64,000 nt of DNA. Source: a virus. The DNA lies in the IMG/VR virus record IMGVR_UViG_3300032753_001573, positions 32,001 through 96,000 of that record. One strand, given 5' to 3'. The translations under genes and the position numbers were made by a program. Shown here in pieces: positions 50,794 to 61,895 of the stretch; the stretch's first letter is position 1, and the number at the start of each line of letters is the position of its first letter. The notes below the pieces were generated by a model. The model did not search any database and was not told the origin of the DNA. It was given only the letters and a program-made list of their open reading frames with translations.

Positions 50794-51174
50794 TTAAGTT
50801 ATTGGCTTGCTCTTGAAAATTTCAGGATGTGCCTTATCAAAATGTCGCATGATGATGCCAGCTACAGCATGCGCCTGATTCTCAATATCACTGCCCGTCT
50901 CACCACTCTTTGAATCTATATCACCATTTAAGAATTGCTTGTAATGAGTCAATTCGTGGGCAAGAGTTCTCATTATGTCTAACGGATGACGGTTCTTGAT
51001 CTCTATGCTTATGGTTTGATCACCATTCTTGAACATTCCAAATGTTGGCTGTTTACCGGTGATCCCTCCAGTAGTCAACCATTTGATTTTTGGCAATTTA
51101 TCTAGATCTAATTCTTCCATACAGAGTTTAAGAAATTCTCTCATAGCTTCAATAAATGCTTGATGGTTTGTCAT
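50794..51174 (-). CDS. zincin-like metallopeptidase domain protein
   Basis: RTLAHELTH..Q...E..A (HExxH). Confidence 0.7.
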   Translation of the reverse strand: MTNHQAFIEAMREFLKLCMEELDLDKLPKIKWLTTGGITGKQPTFGMFKNGDQTISIEIKNRHPLDIMRTLAHELTHYKQFLNGDIDSKSGETGSDIENQAHAVAGIIMRHFDKAHPEIFKSKPIT

Positions 51175-51251
51175 AACTACAGTTCTCTTTTGTTGATATT
51201 TATTAAATTTAGGGCACTGATAAATATCATACGCATTGGAGTTGAACTAAA

Positions 51252-52814
51252 ATGGCAATTACATCTATATCAAGGATACAGCATCGTAGAGGCATCAAGA
51301 CCGATTTACCTGCTAATTTATATGAAGGTGAGCTTGGCTGGTGCTTAGATACTCGAGAATTGTATATTGGTAATGGTCCAACAACCAATGGCAATAGCCA
51401 GATACTTAGTCAATATAGTGATAATGATCAATTGATTACACACGTTTATAGAGGTAGTGCATCTATACCTGCAACTACTAATTCTAGTACGGGTACACCA
51501 ATTGCTAGACCGTTGGGTGCTATATTAGACGATTGGATAAGTGTGAAAGATTACGGCGCTATGGGTGACGGTGTTACAGATGACACTGCTGCTATACAGC
51601 GTGCTATAAATGATAGATGGGCTACTCAAGATTTCAGTTGCATAAGGTTTCCTGCAGGTGTGTATTTGGTTAGCAATACCATATATGTACTACCTAATGT
51701 ATCTTTAATAGGAGAAGGGTCCCAAGCAACGATATTAAAAATGTTTTCAGCTGGGTCAAGCACAACTTGCGTTATTTCTACAGCAGACAGCATTGGCCAA
51801 ACAGGAACTAGCATTGGGTTGTCAAATGCAGTATTACCTAATAATATTACTATACAAGGTATTACTATTGATACTACTCAAAATTCTTCCATTGATGGTA
51901 TTAAATTACAGCGTAGTAGTGAGGTACTGATATCAGATTTATCTGTTATTGGCAATTGGACGACTGGTCAAAATCCTCAAATGAATAGTAATGTACCAAT
52001 GACCAATGGAATTTCTATAGAGACCTTAGGTAGTCTTTATCTAGCAGATGTAGTTAAGATAAGAAATTATAGCGCAAACGGATTTGCAAACGGTATCTAT
52101 TGTAATGATGTTGCTAGATATATTACTATAGATGTATTTGATATCAATAATTGCTTTAGAGGAGTTGTATTCGAAGCTAACATAGCTACAAACACCAATG
52201 GGCCGCGATATGTTAGAGTAACTAACGGCTCATTTAGAAACATAGATTTTTACGGGTTGGTTGTTAGCAGCAGTAACCCTGGCATCGTAAGTGGTAATAA
52301 TACATATGATACAGTAGGTAATGTATATAATTCTCCCCCAATATTTTTTGGAACATCGAGCAATAACTGCTCAAGTATAAACGATACTTTCTCTAATATT
52401 AATGGAAATTTAATAGAGATAGGAAATCCAATAAGTAACATCATAATATCTCCACAAAAAGTTAGTACAGCAATACAGGATGTTACACCAGTTGGACCAG
52501 TTGAATTGTTAGATAATTCAACAAACATGAGCACTGGTATTGAATGGAACAGTTCTATAAACAATACTTTGTTCCTTCATTACAGCATCAAAAGAGGTAC
52601 ATCTAGAAGAGCGGGAAAACTTACTGTAATAAGTGATGGCACTTCTGTTGATTTTGATGATGAAGGTGTTGACCTAAATCCAGATGTTTTGGGTACGGTG
52701 GGAGTAACTTGGTCTACAACTGTAGTTGATGGTATAATAAGTCTTATGTATAATACAACAAGCACCGGCACTAATGGAAATCTTTGGTATACACAAATGT
52801 CTTGGTTTATGTAA
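51252..52814 (+). CDS. tailspike-like protein: Mtd N-terminal-like domain plus pectate lyase 3-like beta-helix
   Basis: RIQHRRG...L.EGELGW..DT..LYIG, then SVKDYGAMGDGVTDDTAAIQRA...FPAGVY. Confidence 0.8.
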   Translation: MAITSISRIQHRRGIKTDLPANLYEGELGWCLDTRELYIGNGPTTNGNSQILSQYSDNDQLITHVYRGSASIPATTNSSTGTPIARPLGAILDDWISVKDYGAMGDGVTDDTAAIQRAINDRWATQDFSCIRFPAGVYLVSNTIYVLPNVSLIGEGSQATILKMFSAGSSTTCVISTADSIGQTGTSIGLSNAVLPNNITIQGITIDTTQNSSIDGIKLQRSSEVLISDLSVIGNWTTGQNPQMNSNVPMTNGISIETLGSLYLADVVKIRNYSANGFANGIYCNDVARYITIDVFDINNCFRGVVFEANIATNTNGPRYVRVTNGSFRNIDFYGLVVSSSNPGIVSGNNTYDTVGNVYNSPPIFFGTSSNNCSSINDTFSNINGNLIEIGNPISNIIISPQKVSTAIQDVTPVGPVELLDNSTNMSTGIEWNSSINNTLFLHYSIKRGTSRRAGKLTVISDGTSVDFDDEGVDLNPDVLGTVGVTWSTTVVDGIISLMYNTTSTGTNGNLWYTQMSWFM

Positions 52815-52815
52815 G

Positions 52816-53283
52816 ATGTCAAATCCTTTCCTATGTAGCCCAAAGCAGTTGGGTCAGCATTGGCGTTCAGTTAGAGCACAGCTCACAGCTGAAAAAACAG
52901 ATTTAGAACACCTAAATATAGTAACAGACTTTTGGAGACATGCACCAATATCGGCACCTTTCTTAGATTGGGATCATCCCAACACATGGCCAGATCCTTG
53001 GGAATTGATGTCAGAGATGTCATTTGATCCGAGTGCTATAGCGCTTGGAATGGAATATACTCTATTACTAGCTGAAGATCAGAGATGGAATTCAAACAGA
53101 TTAGAGTTGGATCTGTCATGTTTTGTTGACGGGTCGCAGCAATTAATAGTTCTATCGGTTGATAACACCTATTTCTTAAACATAGAATATGGTAAAGTAA
53201 CTATGGCAATAAATGCTGCGAAAGAGCTTGTTATACAACAGCGTTACCATTATATTAATAAGACTCACAAGTTTAAAGATTAG
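52816..53283 (+). CDS. hypothetical protein
   Basis: W...R...FW..AP...WPDPWEL. Confidence 0.6.
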   Translation: MSNPFLCSPKQLGQHWRSVRAQLTAEKTDLEHLNIVTDFWRHAPISAPFLDWDHPNTWPDPWELMSEMSFDPSAIALGMEYTLLLAEDQRWNSNRLELDLSCFVDGSQQLIVLSVDNTYFLNIEYGKVTMAINAAKELVIQQRYHYINKTHKFKD

Positions 53284-53409
53284 CTAAAGGTCTTAAAATA
53301 ATTTATAAACATGTACGAGAATATCATGATGAGGTGATGTAAATATGTGCTCAATGACGCAATACGTCATTCATGTTTTTCATCTCACGATTCTATAAGG
53401 AAGGTTCAA

Positions 53410-55059
53410 ATGTCACTGAGCAATAAGTCTGATATCATGGTTATCAAGAGAGAAGGCAGAAAAGAAACGTTAGATGTTGAAAAGTTACACAAAGTGGTAT
53501 TTTGGGCAACCGAAGGTATCAGCGGAGTTAGTGCAAGTGAAGTAGAAATTCGCAGCCAAATACAATTCTATCCTGGTATTACGACTACTGATATACAGGA
53601 AACTTTGATCAAAGCGGCTGCTGAGCTAATATCAGAAGAAACACCAAACTATCAATATGTAGCAGGGCGTTTAATTAACTATCATCTACGCAAACAAGTG
53701 TATGATCGATATGAGCCAAAAGGATTCTTAGACCATATCAAGAAAGTTATCAATGAAGGCTATTATGATCCAGAGATATTATCTTGGTATACAGAAGATG
53801 AAATCAAACACTTAGATTCTCATATCAATCACACTAGAGATTATGATATCACTTATGTAGGTATGGAACAGCTACGTGGCAAATATCTAGTAAAGAATCG
53901 CGTAACTGGACGCATCTACGAAACTCCGCAGATGGCATACATGCTGATAGCAATGGTGTTGTTCCGTCGTTATGGCGCAGATAGGCTAAAGTGGGTCAAA
54001 GATTTTTATGATGCTATCAGCACATTTGAGATCAGCTTACCAACTCCAATTATGGCAGGATTGAGAACACCTCAGAAGCAGTTTAGTTCCTGTGTGTTGA
54101 TTGAGACTGATGACAGCCTCGATAGTATCAGTGCTACTTCTAGCGCTATTGTCAAGTATGTGAGTCAGAAAGCTGGTATTGGAATTGGTGGCGGTCGTAT
54201 AAGAGCTATCAACAGTCCAATACGCAACGGAGATGCTAGCCATACTGGTGTAATTCCGTTCTACAAGCATTTCCAAAGTGCGGTAAAGAGTTGTTCTCAG
54301 GGAGGCGTTCGCGGCGGCGCGGCTACTCTGTACTATCCAATTTGGCACTTGGAAGTTGAAGACCTATTGGTCCTCAAGAATAACAAGGGCATTGAAGATA
54401 ACCGTATACGACACATGGATTACGGTGTTCAATTCAACAAGGTGATGTATGAGAGGTTATTGACTGGCGGTAACATAACCCTGTTTAGTCCTCACGACGT
54501 ACCAGATCTCTATGAAGCATTTTTTGTTGATGTTGATAAATTTAGAGATCTCTATGAAAAGTATGAACGCAGCAGTAAGGTAAGAAAAAAGTCTGTACCG
54601 GCTATAGAACTGTTTGGCAGTTTTATGCAGGAACGCAAGGACACCGGTCGTATCTATCTTATGAATGTAGATCATGCTAATGATCACGGGTCATTTATTA
54701 AAGAACTTGCTCCTATTAGACAGAGCAATTTGTGTCTAACAGGTGATTCTATGATTAACATCATGGGAACAGATGGTGCAATACAACATATCACACTTCA
54801 AAGCTTTGTAGAACAATACGAGCTTGGAGGAATGCATGGCGTTAAGGTTAAAAGTTACAACATAGATACTGATACAGTGACTTGGAATTTAGTAAGTAAT
54901 GCTGCAAAAACTGCAACGGTTACGACATTAATTGAAATTGAAGATGCGAGTGGTAAAATTATACGTTGTACTCCAGACCATCAGATTTTTACTAAAAATA
55001 GAGGATATGTTATGGCTAAAGACCTAAAAGAAACTGACGTGCTATGCACTGAAATATGA
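53410..55059 (+). CDS. nrdA: class Ia ribonucleotide reductase alpha, N-terminal part with a 108-aa N-intein (54733-55056)
   Basis: ATP-cone VIKREG, TPIMAG, QFSSC, QGGVRGG, QSNL|CLTGD...CTPDH. Confidence 0.95.
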   Translation: MSLSNKSDIMVIKREGRKETLDVEKLHKVVFWATEGISGVSASEVEIRSQIQFYPGITTTDIQETLIKAAAELISEETPNYQYVAGRLINYHLRKQVYDRYEPKGFLDHIKKVINEGYYDPEILSWYTEDEIKHLDSHINHTRDYDITYVGMEQLRGKYLVKNRVTGRIYETPQMAYMLIAMVLFRRYGADRLKWVKDFYDAISTFEISLPTPIMAGLRTPQKQFSSCVLIETDDSLDSISATSSAIVKYVSQKAGIGIGGGRIRAINSPIRNGDASHTGVIPFYKHFQSAVKSCSQGGVRGGAATLYYPIWHLEVEDLLVLKNNKGIEDNRIRHMDYGVQFNKVMYERLLTGGNITLFSPHDVPDLYEAFFVDVDKFRDLYEKYERSSKVRKKSVPAIELFGSFMQERKDTGRIYLMNVDHANDHGSFIKELAPIRQSNLCLTGDSMINIMGTDGAIQHITLQSFVEQYELGGMHGVKVKSYNIDTDTVTWNLVSNAAKTATVTTLIEIEDASGKIIRCTPDHQIFTKNRGYVMAKDLKETDVLCTEI

Positions 55060-55075
55060 TTACCAACATAAATAC

Positions 55076-56050
55076 ATGCAACGGAGAGGTTGCATGTATA
55101 AGTTGCTGTATAAAGATATTATTGATAATGCTAAAGCTGAAAATAGGATTAAAAAACCTAGAGTATATTATGAATGGCATCATATCGTTCCAGATTTTTT
55201 ATTCAAACATCGATCAAGACGTGGGCCATCGGGGCATTTAGATGGTAATCCTAATTCAGTTGATAACTTAGTATTATTAACTTTCAAAGAACATCTTATG
55301 GCACATTACTATCTATATGAAATATACAAAGATACTAGATATGGTTATGCAGCAGGATCTGCATTGCAATTCTTTTATACAAAAGCTACAGGTAAACACA
55401 AAAGACAACAGAATTTATCTAAACCAGATGAAGAGTTTTTAAATGAAATGTTGCATTTAAGAGAAATTGGTATAAAAAGTATCTCTGCTGCAAAATCTGG
55501 TAAGATGCCAGCCGTTGACGCACATACTAGGGAAAAGATTGGATCTGTACCAGTAGATCATCCAAAGGTAATATCGGGTGAATGGATTCATCATTCGAAA
55601 GGACAACCTTATAAAGGAATCTTAAAAGATCAAAAAGGGTCTAACAACAATAATTTTAGAGAAATGACTTTTCAACGCAAGGAACGATTATTCGATTGCG
55701 TCTCAAAATCATTGATTGACGGTAACTATTTGTCAATAAAGGCGTTGGTGCAAAATTTAAAAGAAGAATTTACCGAATTTAAAAAAATATCATTGGTTTG
55801 GGTGTGTAATAATTTTGGTAACATTAATAATTTAGTAGACGAATTCAACAAGGCGCGCGGTAGATCTATTGTATATTTCAGTTATTATAGAGGTAAAAAT
55901 CAGCGTGCCGTGTTAAGGAACCATAGCTTAAACTATGTGTGGGTTACTAACGGGTATACCAATACAAAGATTAGACTAGATGAGATTGATGAATATCTAA
56001 ATAATAATCCAGCATATACGAGAGGTAGAATTAACTATGATAAAGATTAG
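55076..56050 (+). mobile_element. MobE-like HNH homing endonuclease between the nrdA halves
   Basis: EWHHIVP...N..DNLV.LT.KEH..AH; CATAAATA at 55067; start may be 55094. Confidence 0.85.
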
Positions 56051-57122
56051 AACTATAGAGATTAACCCAACTGATGTATACGACATTACTGTTCCAGAAA
56101 CCTCATGTTTCTTTGCTAATGATATATTAGTTCACAACTGTGCCGAGATCAGCTTACCAACTAAGCCGCTCAATGATATTAAAGATCCAGACGGAGAGAT
56201 TTCACTTTGTACCCTAGCTGCCGTAAATTGGGGCAAGATACGAGATCCACATGATTTTGAGCGTCCTTGTACTTTGGCTGTACGTGCGCTGGACGAACTG
56301 CTGGATTATCAGGACTATCCGGTACTTGCAGCTCGCAACTCAACTATGGCACGTAGACCACTTGGTATTGGTATTATCAATTTGGCCTATTGGTTGGCTA
56401 AGAATGATTTGAGCTATCAGGGCATCACAACAGATGGCCTAACCAAATTGCACAATTACACTGAAGCATGGAGCTACTATCTAATCAAGGCCAGCGTTGA
56501 TCTAGCCAAAGAGAAAGGTGCATGTCCAAAGAGCAATGAGACCAAATATGCTCAAGGTATTATGCCAATTGATACATACAAGCGCGATGTTGATGAGCTC
56601 GTAAATCCTATTTACAAGTTGGATTGGGATGCGTTGAGATCTGATGCAGTGGCATATGGCATCCGCAATAGCACGCTTATGGCATTGATGCCAGCAGAAA
56701 CATCTGCACAGATCAGCAACAGCACCAATGGTATTGAACCACCTCGCAGTTTGATAAGCATCAAGCAGAGCAAGGATGGGGTGCTCAAGCAGGTAGTTCC
56801 AGAGATACGTAGGCTCAAGAACAAGTATGATTTACTCTGGGATCAGAAAAGCCCAGTTGGGTATTTGAAGATCTGTGCAATTTTGCAGAAGTTCATTGAC
56901 CAATGTATAAGTGTAAATACATCATATAATCCCAAGCACTATGCAGAAGAGCAGATACCAATGAGCGAAATGCTACAACATTTGTTAATGCATTACAAGT
57001 GGGGAGGCAAGACTTTGTATTATTTCAACACCATGGACGGTGCTGGTGAAATTGATGTGAAGCTGCCAGAGCTAGCTGCAGGACAAGTTGACGACGAAAA
57101 TTGTGAAAGTTGCACTATATAA
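56037..57122 (+). CDS. nrdA: 34-aa C-intein (56037-56138) fused to NrdA C-terminal part
   Basis: MIKI...VYDITV....FFANDILVHN|CAEI; LC.L, PAETS, KTLYY, CESC. Confidence 0.95.
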   Translation: MIKIRTIEINPTDVYDITVPETSCFFANDILVHNCAEISLPTKPLNDIKDPDGEISLCTLAAVNWGKIRDPHDFERPCTLAVRALDELLDYQDYPVLAARNSTMARRPLGIGIINLAYWLAKNDLSYQGITTDGLTKLHNYTEAWSYYLIKASVDLAKEKGACPKSNETKYAQGIMPIDTYKRDVDELVNPIYKLDWDALRSDAVAYGIRNSTLMALMPAETSAQISNSTNGIEPPRSLISIKQSKDGVLKQVVPEIRRLKNKYDLLWDQKSPVGYLKICAILQKFIDQCISVNTSYNPKHYAEEQIPMSEMLQHLLMHYKWGGKTLYYFNTMDGAGEIDVKLPELAAGQVDDENCESCTI

Positions 57123-57125
57123 AAG

Positions 57126-58733
57126 ATGTTTAGTTATGTAGAATGGTTTAAAGAAACTCTCTTTAATGCTCGAGGAAAATTAAATCCTCGAGCAAGCTCG
57201 CCAGTCTGGTGGTCAAATTTTACAGATCAATATGTTGATTTTAAAGAATCAACTATTTGGCTAGATGCAGAAAGTAGCTTTGCAGAAAGATCTTATTGTT
57301 ATATCAATCTTTTAACAGAAAGACCAACTTGTAAGGTTTGTTCAAATTTTGTAAAGTACAGCAAAGTTAAGAGGGGGTATAGCGAATATTGTAGCTCCGG
57401 GTGTGTGACCAAAGACAAGTCTATATTGGAAAAAAGATGTAGAACTATGGTGGACAGATACGGATATGTGAAAAATTTTTCATCTGAAAAACACAGATCT
57501 GTCGCACAAGTTGCAATTGAAGAAAAATGGGGTGTTGATCATCCTATGAAGTCTCAAATATTGATAGACAAGTTAAAAAACAAACATATCAACAAATATG
57601 GAAGTCATTATACTCAAACTGAAGAATATCAGCAGAAACGTAAAAAAACTTGTATTGAAAAATACGGGGAAGACAGCCATATGAAGTTGCCCGCCTTTCG
57701 TGATACAATTGGAAATTTGAATCGTAAATTAACCGATAAAATAAAAGATGAAATAAAGCATGATTACACGTCTGGCATGGCAAAACAGACATTATCTGAA
57801 AAATATGACATCAGTTTGAGTCATATGAACAAGATTTTAACTCTTATGGGGTTAGAAACAGATCTTCCTCAGAACAAAATAAATTATAACAAATGTTGGA
57901 AATCTTCTGCTGAGTTAGAACTAGTACATTGGTTAACAGAATTTTATCGCGGTCAAATACTGACTAGTCAAAGGTCACTGATATGGCCCTACGAGGTTGA
58001 CATTTATTTGCCAGAGATCAAACTAGCAATTGAATTCAACGGTACATATTGGCATTCTGATATATTCAAAGATCGCAATTATCACAAAAACAAAATTGAA
58101 AAACTAGAATCAATTGGCATAGATTGCGTTATGATATTTGAAAATATTTGGAATGACAGGAAGGACCTAATAAAAAGTAAACTGCTATCAAAGATATTGA
58201 AGTTACCTTCTATAGGTGCTAGAAAGTGTATCATTAAACCAATAGATTATAAGATATTGTCTGAATTTACAGAAATCTATCATTTGCAAGGGTCCAGAAC
58301 TAGTAGAATAAATTACGGTGCATATAACCAAGGCGAACTTGTTGCTTGTGCATCATTTAATAAATTCAGAGATGGGTTAGAGTTGGTTAGATTTTGCTCC
58401 AAACAAAGAGTTGTGGGTCTATTACCAAAAATTTTAAAATATCTTAAGATTTCATTTAATGGTCCTGTTTATTCATTTGCTAACAGGTGTTACACTTACA
58501 GATATAAGAATTTATACTCGATGAATGGATTTTCTGAGATTGACGTAACTGACCCCAATTATTATTATGTAAAAGGCAAAACAGTTCTAACTAGAAATGC
58601 TTGTATGAAACACAAGTTATGTAATTTTTTAGAAAATTTTGATCCAAATATATCTGAATACGAAAATATGAAAAAAGATGGTTGGCATAGATATTGGGAT
58701 TGTGGTAATATACTTTACAAGATAGATATATAA
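57126..58733 (+). mobile_element. free-standing putative homing endonuclease (Vsr/EDxHD-like) with YGxx repeats
   Basis: CKVC...YCS, repeated (Y/W)G motifs, DIYLPEIKLAIEFNGTYWHSD, ARKC...HLQG...WDCG. Confidence 0.75.
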
Positions 58734-58745
58734 GGGAACATAGAC

Positions 58746-59843
58746 ATGTCATACAGCGTTTTTGATTCTAATAACAAAAAGGATGCTACCAAGGTGCGAG
58801 CGTTCTTTGACGATCCTGTCACTATCGCGAGATATGATAGGCAAAAGTATCCGTTTTTAGAAAAACTCACTGAAAAACAATTGTCATTTTTCTGGCGGCC
58901 GGAAGAAATTGAAATCTATCGCGATGCTAAGGATTTCAAAGCATTGACGTCTCATGAACAGCATATTTTCACCAGCAACCTCAAGAGACAGATATTGTTA
59001 GACAGTGTACAGGGCCGCGCACCAACTTTAGCGTTTGGTCCAATTTGCAGTCTACCAGAGTTAGAAAATTGGATTTTGACTTGGGCGTTTTCTGAGAGTA
59101 TTCATAGCCGTAGTTATACATATATCATTCGTAACGTTTATCCAGACCCCAGCAAGATCTTTGATGAACTCTTAGATATACAGGAAATTGTAGATTGTGC
59201 AGGTGATATTAGCGAATGTTATGATCAGCTTATCAATCTAAATCAAATGCAAACTCTAGATCATCTATCTGAGAAGGAATATGAACACAAGAAGGCACTT
59301 TGGTTGTCATTGATGAGTGTTAATATTTTAGAAGGTGTGAGATTCTATGTGAGCTTTGCTTGCAGTTGGGCATTTGCTGAACTCAAGAAGATGGAAGGCA
59401 ACGCTAAGATCATCAAGTTTATTGCACGAGATGAGAATCTGCATCTAGCTGGTACTCAACAGTTGCTGAAAGTGTTACCTCAAGATGATCCAGACTTTGT
59501 TGCTATCCGCGAAGAGACTAAAGATCAAAGTATCAAAATGTTTATTGATGCTGTGAATCAAGAGAAAGTTTGGGCACATTATCTATTCAAAGATGGTAGT
59601 ATGATTGGACTTAATGAGCAGTTGCTGAACGATTATATTGATTGGATTGCCAACAAGCGCATGACTGCGGTTGGATTGCCTACTCCTTATAAGGGCGGTA
59701 GCAATCCTCTACCATGGACACAGAAGTGGATAGCTGGTAGTGAGGTACAGGTGGCACCTCAGCAAACGCAAATTTCTTCTTATACTGTAGGTGGTGTCAA
59801 GAAAGATGCCAGTGTAGACAGCTTCAAAGGATTTAGTCTATAA
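58746..59843 (+). CDS. nrdB: class Ia ribonucleotide reductase beta
   Basis: FFWRPEE, LLDSVQGR, ESIHSRSY, LEGVRFY.SF, RDENLH. Confidence 0.97.
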   Translation: MSYSVFDSNNKKDATKVRAFFDDPVTIARYDRQKYPFLEKLTEKQLSFFWRPEEIEIYRDAKDFKALTSHEQHIFTSNLKRQILLDSVQGRAPTLAFGPICSLPELENWILTWAFSESIHSRSYTYIIRNVYPDPSKIFDELLDIQEIVDCAGDISECYDQLINLNQMQTLDHLSEKEYEHKKALWLSLMSVNILEGVRFYVSFACSWAFAELKKMEGNAKIIKFIARDENLHLAGTQQLLKVLPQDDPDFVAIREETKDQSIKMFIDAVNQEKVWAHYLFKDGSMIGLNEQLLNDYIDWIANKRMTAVGLPTPYKGGSNPLPWTQKWIAGSEVQVAPQQTQISSYTVGGVKKDASVDSFKGFSL

Positions 59844-59846
59844 TTT

Positions 59847-60209
59847 ATGTGGACTATACCTATTGAAATAACACATGATATTATTGACTTCTGCCAAAAA
59901 TTAAATTGTGATTGGGTGGGAATGGTTCCAGTTGAATATCATGCTGCATACGATTATGGTAATTGTCATAACAGTGTTCATACACATGTGTCAATATACG
60001 GTGGTAGATCTGTGATTGGTTGGTATATTGTATCTGGTTTTGACACCTTACAGGCTGTACGACACACAGTATGGCAGACACCTGATAATGAGCTAATTGA
60101 CATCATACCTTATAAAGATAAAAGAACATATTGCGTTTTTGTTAGAAGCAAATCGCAAGAAAAAGATTACAGCATTAGTTGTTGTTTTAGTTGTGACATG
60201 CTAAAATAA
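59847..60209 (+). CDS. hypothetical protein with a possible papain/transglutaminase-like triad
   Basis: GNCHNSV...GW...HTVW...ID. Confidence 0.45.
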   Translation: MWTIPIEITHDIIDFCQKLNCDWVGMVPVEYHAAYDYGNCHNSVHTHVSIYGGRSVIGWYIVSGFDTLQAVRHTVWQTPDNELIDIIPYKDKRTYCVFVRSKSQEKDYSISCCFSCDMLK

Positions 60210-60213
60210 ATAA

Positions 60214-60882
60214 ATGATAAAACTAGTACCGATGACTTTGGCTATGATCACCAGTAGAACTTCTTTTAACGAGTCCTGGTTGACAGAAATGCCAGAAGGA
60301 GTTGGATCTTTTGAATTGTTTGATATGTTAGAATACCGTATCAAACAGCTCGCAGCTTCTAGCAGCACAGTAATTGATCTTGGCAATAATCTAAAAAAGA
60401 TAGACGGCAACCAAGTTAAATTTTATTGGTATGAGAAAAATGGTGACATTGTCTTAGCAATAGAATTATCAGTTTCTCAACAATCTCTAACGGTAAATGC
60501 TACAGGAAAAAATCCAAAATATAAAGGCTGTCCACCTTTTGCATCAGATCTATATGATGCAATTCTCAAAGATACTGATCGTAGTATTAGAATAATGAGC
60601 GATACTCAGTTAAGTGATGAGGGATACGACATATGGAAGCGATTGTTTAATCAGGGGCATAAGATATCGGTTTATGATAGATTAAATCCAACAAAGACAT
60701 TTCACACATTTAAAAATCTATCAGATTTAGATAACTTTTTCAAAAAAGATGACAGTGATTATAGTCGTTATCAATTTGTCCTAAGTGAATCACGTGAAAT
60801 GTTTGCAGAAATGCAAAGTTTTTTCAATACAAGACGGTATAGAGAATTAGCAGGTTTATCTCTTGATGACAACTGTGAGTAA
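60214..60882 (+). CDS. hypothetical protein (possible GNAT-like fold, possibly head-packaged)
   Basis: ASDLY...SD..LSD.G..IW..L; ends RELAGL. Confidence 0.45.
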   Translation: MIKLVPMTLAMITSRTSFNESWLTEMPEGVGSFELFDMLEYRIKQLAASSSTVIDLGNNLKKIDGNQVKFYWYEKNGDIVLAIELSVSQQSLTVNATGKNPKYKGCPPFASDLYDAILKDTDRSIRIMSDTQLSDEGYDIWKRLFNQGHKISVYDRLNPTKTFHTFKNLSDLDNFFKKDDSDYSRYQFVLSESREMFAEMQSFFNTRRYRELAGLSLDDNCE

Positions 60883-60883
60883 C

Positions 60884-61579
60884 ATGAAGGTAGCAGTAGT
60901 TACACCTTATTACCAAGAGTCCGAAGAGATCCTAACACGTTGCCACGACAGTGTGATGTCTCAAATAGATGCAAATGTTACTCATATCATGGTAGCTGAC
61001 GGTTATCCCAATTGGATATGTGATACATGGCAAATTCAACATATTAGAATGCCTAACAGTCACTCTGATGCCGGTGCAACACCCAGAGCAATTGGAGCAC
61101 TCAGCGCATTCAGTCAACAATTTGATGCAGTTGCATTTTTAGATGCAGACAATTGGTATGAACCCTATCATATCAGTGAAATGGTAGACAACATGGCAGC
61201 TAACGCTAGCGATGCTGTAATTGCTACTCGCACTATACATGCACTAGACGGTTCACCTTTATATGTTGATGATATAGAAAGTAATGGTGAGAACACTGTT
61301 GATACCAACAGTTGGTTCCTAGGTAAAAAAACTGTTAGATTGATGAGCTTTTGGATAACTGATCCTGCACAGCGGTTAGTTAGCGATAAGGTGTTCTTTC
61401 ATGCTTGTAAAATCAATAACGTAAAAATATCTAGGTGTCATAAACCAACTGTTGCATATGTAACACATTGGGGATGGCATTATCGACAAGCTGGTAAACC
61501 AATACCGCTTGATTCGGTTTGGATTGATACTGATCAATTTGGTAACTATATACATATTAAAGAAAGAGATAGGAGATAG
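60884..61579 (+). CDS. glycosyltransferase family 2
   Basis: VVTPYY, VADG, R..G, FLDAD (DxD). Confidence 0.85.
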   Translation: MKVAVVTPYYQESEEILTRCHDSVMSQIDANVTHIMVADGYPNWICDTWQIQHIRMPNSHSDAGATPRAIGALSAFSQQFDAVAFLDADNWYEPYHISEMVDNMAANASDAVIATRTIHALDGSPLYVDDIESNGENTVDTNSWFLGKKTVRLMSFWITDPAQRLVSDKVFFHACKINNVKISRCHKPTVAYVTHWGWHYRQAGKPIPLDSVWIDTDQFGNYIHIKERDRR

Positions 61580-61582
61580 ATC

Positions 61583-61852
61583 GTGAAAGCAGTCATTTAC
61601 ACCAAAGACAACTGCCCATATTGCACTAGGGCCAAGGCACTATTGAATAGCAAGGGTGTTACTTATGAAGAGCGCATACTGGATGTGTACGGTAGAGATG
61701 ATAGAGCTTTAACTGAAAGTCAACATTGGGTTACTAGAGATGACCTTCTAGCAGCATACCCTGCTGCAAAAACAGTTCCGCAGATTTGGTTAGATGATCT
61801 ACATATTGGAGGCTTTACTGATCTAGATGCATGGTTTAAAGAACACGGCTAA
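61583..61852 (+). CDS. glutaredoxin
   Basis: CPYC, TVPQI, IGGF.DL; SD aggag. Confidence 0.95.
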   Translation: MKAVIYTKDNCPYCTRAKALLNSKGVTYEERILDVYGRDDRALTESQHWVTRDDLLAAYPAAKTVPQIWLDDLHIGGFTDLDAWFKEHG

Positions 61853-61895
61853 TTTTTAAGATAAATAACATAGCATTTAAGTTAAGAGGAGTGCT

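Noticed and set aside
61571-61585. Readthrough fusion of GT2 and glutaredoxin (in-frame TAG-ATC-GTG)
   Set aside because: Glutaredoxin has its own SD (aggag) at normal spacing, so the shared frame is probably coincidence.
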